From a virus (taxonomy: Duplodnaviria; Heunggongvirae; Uroviricota; Caudoviricetes): a stretch of 7,800 bases of DNA. The notes below the pieces were generated by a model that saw only the letters and a list, made by a program, of their open reading frames with translations, had not been told where the DNA came from and searched no databases. Positions 5,123 to 7,800 of the stretch are shown in pieces. The translations under genes and the position numbers were made by a program. The stretch lies in IMG/VR virus record IMGVR_UViG_2671180405_000013; one strand, 5' to 3'. The stretch's first letter is position 1, and each line of letters begins with the position of its first letter.

Positions 5123-6976
5123 ATGGCATTTAAACACTATGACGTGGTCAGGGCGGCATCGCCGTCAGACCTTGCGAAACGACTGACACAAAAACTGAAG
5201 GAGGGCTGGCAGCCGTTTGGTAGTCCGGTGGCCATAACCCCTTATACCCTGATGCAGGCGATTGCAGCAGAAGGTGATGTGGTCGTCAGTGGTGCAACTG
5301 AGCCGGAGTGGTACTACGTCATCGTACTGGCCGGGCAATCCAATGCCATGGCTTACGGTGAAGGTCTTCCGCTTCCGGATTCATACGATGCGCCCCATCC
5401 GCGCATTAAGCAACTGGCCCGTCGTAACACAGTGACTCCCGGTGGTGAAGTATGCGTATTTAACGACATCATTCCTGCTGACCATTGTCTGCATGATGTT
5501 CAGGATATGAGTACGATTAACCATCCCCGGGCTGACCTGAGCAAAGGGCAGTACGGCTGTGTCGGACAGGGCTTACATATTGCCAAAAAACTGCTTCCGT
5601 ATATCCCTAATAATGCGGGGATCCTGCTGGTACCATGCTGTTGTGGTGGTTCGGCATTCACCCAGGGCACGGAGGGGACATTCAGCGAGTCCACGGGGGC
5701 CAGTCAGGATTCGGCTCGCTGGGGAGTGGGTAAGCCGTTATATCAGGATCTGCTTTTCCGCACGAAGGCAGCATTGCAGAAAAACCCGAAAAACGTTTTG
5801 CTGGCGATATGCTGGATGCAGGGGGAATTCGATATGACGAATGCCAGTTACGCCCAGCAGCCAGCAGCATTTCTTGCAATGGTACAGCAGTTCCGTGCTG
5901 ACCTTGCCGGGCTGGCGGCGCAGTGTCACGGTGGAAGTCCGGCATCAGTCCCCTGGATTTGTGGCGACACGACATACGCGTGGAAACAAGAACACGGTAC
6001 GCAATATGAAGTGGTATATGGTGCATATAAAGGTAAAGAATCCCAGCAGATTTATTTTGTTCCCTTTATGACCGATGGTAGCGGAGTTAATACACCGACA
6101 AACAACCCGTCAGAAGATCCTGATATTGCCGGGTCTGGTTATTACGGTTCGGCATCCCGAACGAACAAAAACTGGGTATCATCAAATCGCCCGACGCATT
6201 TCAGCTCATGGGCGCGTCGTGGCATTATTCCCGATCGTATGGCAACTGCTATTCTGAACGTAGCCGGTCGCACCTTAGCCTTCATTAGTGGTAAGGCACC
6301 GGAAATCAAACCCTCGCCCGGCGGCGACACGCCATCGGGGCCGTCTGAAGATGCATCCATACGCACAATCTCCCTGTTGCCGACAGCCGGAGACGCTGCT
6401 GCGCAGGGCTGGAGCATTAAGAATGGCGGAGTTCAGTTGTCAGATGGTGTATTTAAGATCACCAAGCAGAGCAATAAAGCCTGGTCCCTGACGCGCCCGG
6501 TGGATGACGCAGTCTCCCTGCTGACACGGGGTGGCAGACTGAGCTGTAAGTTTCGACTGTCAGGCGCACTGACCAACAACCAGTTCGGTCTGGGAATTTA
6601 TCTGTATACCGATGTAGCGTTACCTGACGTCGTGGCGATGACCGGGACTGGTAACCCGTTCCTGATGTCGTTCTTCACCCAGACCACAGACGGCAAACTG
6701 AATCTGATGCATCACAAGAAAGCAGGAAACACAAAGTTGGGCGAGTTCGGGAATTACAGTAACGACTGGCTGACGCTGGAGCTGGTGTTCACCGCCGGCA
6801 GTGCCACGGTTACTCCGAAACTGAATGGAGTGGCTGGCCCGGCATTCCAGGTCATAAAAGACAGTCTGACACTGGGGCTGAATGCGCTGACGCTGACGGA
6901 TATTACCAAAAATGCAGCGTATGGCGTTGAGATAGAAAGTCTGGTGCTGGAGATAAATGCACCGGCATCATCATAA
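5123..6976 (+). CDS. nanS: Prophage sialate O-acetylesterase, NanS-p type (N-terminal DUF1737-like segment plus SGNH/SASA esterase domain)
   Basis: 617-aa ORF with strong Shine-Dalgarno GGGAGGA 5 nt upstream of the ATG. N-terminus MAFKHYDVV and the GQSN esterase motif (VLAGQSNAMAYGEG) match the 9-O-acetyl-sialate esterases found downstream of stx in EHEC prophages. Confidence 0.8.
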   Translation: MAFKHYDVVRAASPSDLAKRLTQKLKEGWQPFGSPVAITPYTLMQAIAAEGDVVVSGATEPEWYYVIVLAGQSNAMAYGEGLPLPDSYDAPHPRIKQLARRNTVTPGGEVCVFNDIIPADHCLHDVQDMSTINHPRADLSKGQYGCVGQGLHIAKKLLPYIPNNAGILLVPCCCGGSAFTQGTEGTFSESTGASQDSARWGVGKPLYQDLLFRTKAALQKNPKNVLLAICWMQGEFDMTNASYAQQPAAFLAMVQQFRADLAGLAAQCHGGSPASVPWICGDTTYAWKQEHGTQYEVVYGAYKGKESQQIYFVPFMTDGSGVNTPTNNPSEDPDIAGSGYYGSASRTNKNWVSSNRPTHFSSWARRGIIPDRMATAILNVAGRTLAFISGKAPEIKPSPGGDTPSGPSEDASIRTISLLPTAGDAAAQGWSIKNGGVQLSDGVFKITKQSNKAWSLTRPVDDAVSLLTRGGRLSCKFRLSGALTNNQFGLGIYLYTDVALPDVVAMTGTGNPFLMSFFTQTTDGKLNLMHHKKAGNTKLGEFGNYSNDWLTLELVFTAGSATVTPKLNGVAGPAFQVIKDSLTLGLNALTLTDITKNAAYGVEIESLVLEINAPASS

Positions 6977-7061
6977 AAAGTGAGCCAGCCAAATGGAAGG
7001 TATCGTTAAACTCACCGGTAGTGTCAGTGGGTCGTCTGAGATGCCTGCATGAGTTATCAGA

Positions 7062-7091
7062 GCCATCAGTACTTAACTGGTGGCTTTTTTT
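7062..7091 (+). terminator. Intrinsic terminator between nanS-p and the holin
   Basis: Stem gccatcag/ctggtggc (8 bp, one U-G pair), loop tacttaa, followed by TTTTTTT. Confidence 0.6.
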
Positions 7092-7126
7092 ATTGTTGTC
7101 AGCTTCCGGATAACGGGAGACGGGGT

Positions 7127-7342
7127 ATGTACCAGATGGAAAAAATCACAACAGGTGTGTCATACACCACGTCAGCGGTGGGAACGGGCTACTGGTTCCT
7201 GCAGTTGCTGGACAGGGTTTCCCCGTCTCAGTGGGCGGCAATAGGCGTGCTGGGGAGTCTGCTGTTTGGGCTGCTGACATATCTGACTAACCTGTATTTC
7301 AAAATCAGAGAGGACCGTCGTAAGGCTGCACGGGGAGAGTAA
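7127..7342 (+). CDS. S: Class II holin, S21-type (pinholin), dual-start motif
   Basis: 71-aa product [26 protein letters not shown]...[20 protein letters not shown] closely matches the phage 21 S holin as remembered. Met1 (7127) and Met4 (7136) form the antiholin/holin dual start; GGGAGACGGGG precedes it. The track ORF from 7049 is overextended and runs through the terminator at 7062-7091. Confidence 0.85.
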   Translation: MYQMEKITTGVSYTTSAVGTGYWFLQLLDRVSPSQWAAIGVLGSLLFGLLTYLTNLYFKIREDRRKAARGE

Positions 7343-7346
7343 TTCA

Positions 7347-7661
7347 ATGACTCAAAACTATGAACTGATTGTGAAAGGGATCCGCAATTTTGAGAATAAA
7401 GTTACGGTAACTTTAGCGTTACGGGACAAAAAACGCTTTGACGGTGAAATTTTTGACCTGGACATCTCGCTGGACCGTGTTGAAGGTGCCGCGCTGGAGT
7501 TTTATGAGGCAGCAGCCAGAAGGAGCATCAGACAGGTCTTCTTGGATGTTGCTGCCGGGTTATGTGAAGGGGACGAGCTGTTGCCAGAAACGCGCCCCTG
7601 TTCAGAGGCGCGGTATACCATAAAAATTAACAGTTCTGATAACTCGATTACGGGTTGTTAG
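7347..7661 (+). CDS. Hypothetical acidic protein, 104 aa, between holin and endolysin
   Basis: ATG at 7347 lies 4 nt after the holin stop with GGGGAGAG upstream, suggesting translational coupling. No family recognised. Confidence 0.55.
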   Translation: MTQNYELIVKGIRNFENKVTVTLALRDKKRFDGEIFDLDISLDRVEGAALEFYEAAARRSIRQVFLDVAAGLCEGDELLPETRPCSEARYTIKINSSDNSITGC

Positions 7662-7716
7662 CTTTTTGCAGTTGGCTTTCCAGTATCTTTCATTGGTAGC
7701 ATCCTGATAAATATCC

Positions 7717-7800
7717 ATGAGCGCAAAAATCAAATACGGCCTGTCAGCTGCTGTTCTGGCGCTGATTGCAAAATGGCATCTGAATCGATCGCAGTTTGGC
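7717..7800 (+). CDS. Probable endolysin, N-terminal fragment (SAR-type signal-anchor), partial at window end
   Basis: MSAKIKYGLSAAVLALIA resembles the Gly/Ala-rich signal-anchor start of SAR endolysins in lambdoid prophages, and the position after the holin fits. There is no clear Shine-Dalgarno and only 28 codons are visible. Confidence 0.4.
   Translation, partial: MSAKIKYGLSAAVLALIAKWHLNRSQFG

Noticed and set aside
5500-6491. Six short ORFs (60-114 aa) on both strands inside nanS-p
   Set aside because: They are nested in or antisense to a 617-aa ORF with recognisable esterase motifs.
7049-7126. N-terminal extension of the holin ORF
   Set aside because: The extension contains an intrinsic terminator hairpin and T-tract. 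The holin family start MYQMEK with dual Met and ribosome-binding site is at 7127.
7438-7623. 61-aa alternate-frame ORF
   Set aside because: It is nested in another frame within the 7347-7661 ORF, which has the better start context.

Overview
This window reads as the late-gene region of a lambdoid, Stx-phage-like prophage of the Escherichia coli type, but with no stx genes. From left to right: a tR'-like terminator (10-32), a 65-aa putative winged-helix ORF (153-350), an orphan beta-class DNA methyltransferase (501-1559), an ileZ-argN-argO-type tRNA cluster (1600-1849), then a second PR'-like promoter, terminator and tRNA cluster with a degenerate middle tRNA (2159-2549). Next come an unknown ORF (2660-3013), an AT-rich island with a minus-strand Cys-rich ORF (3461-3796), a 131-nt N gap (4084-4214), a NanS-p-type sialate O-acetylesterase (5123-6976), an S21-type dual-start holin (7127-7342), an unknown 104-aa ORF (7347-7661) and the first 28 codons of a probable SAR endolysin. 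The most striking unexplained signal is a five-copy family of roughly 230-nt elements, each ending in an intrinsic terminator, with compensatory base changes between copies and no shared ORF, so it looks like a structured small RNA family. The second is the cargo sitting where Stx phages carry the toxin genes. The single N at 2153 and the N gap both sit at repeat junctions, so the exact order and copy number of modules may be an assembly artefact. All protein calls come from reading the translations against remembered families; nothing was searched or computed.
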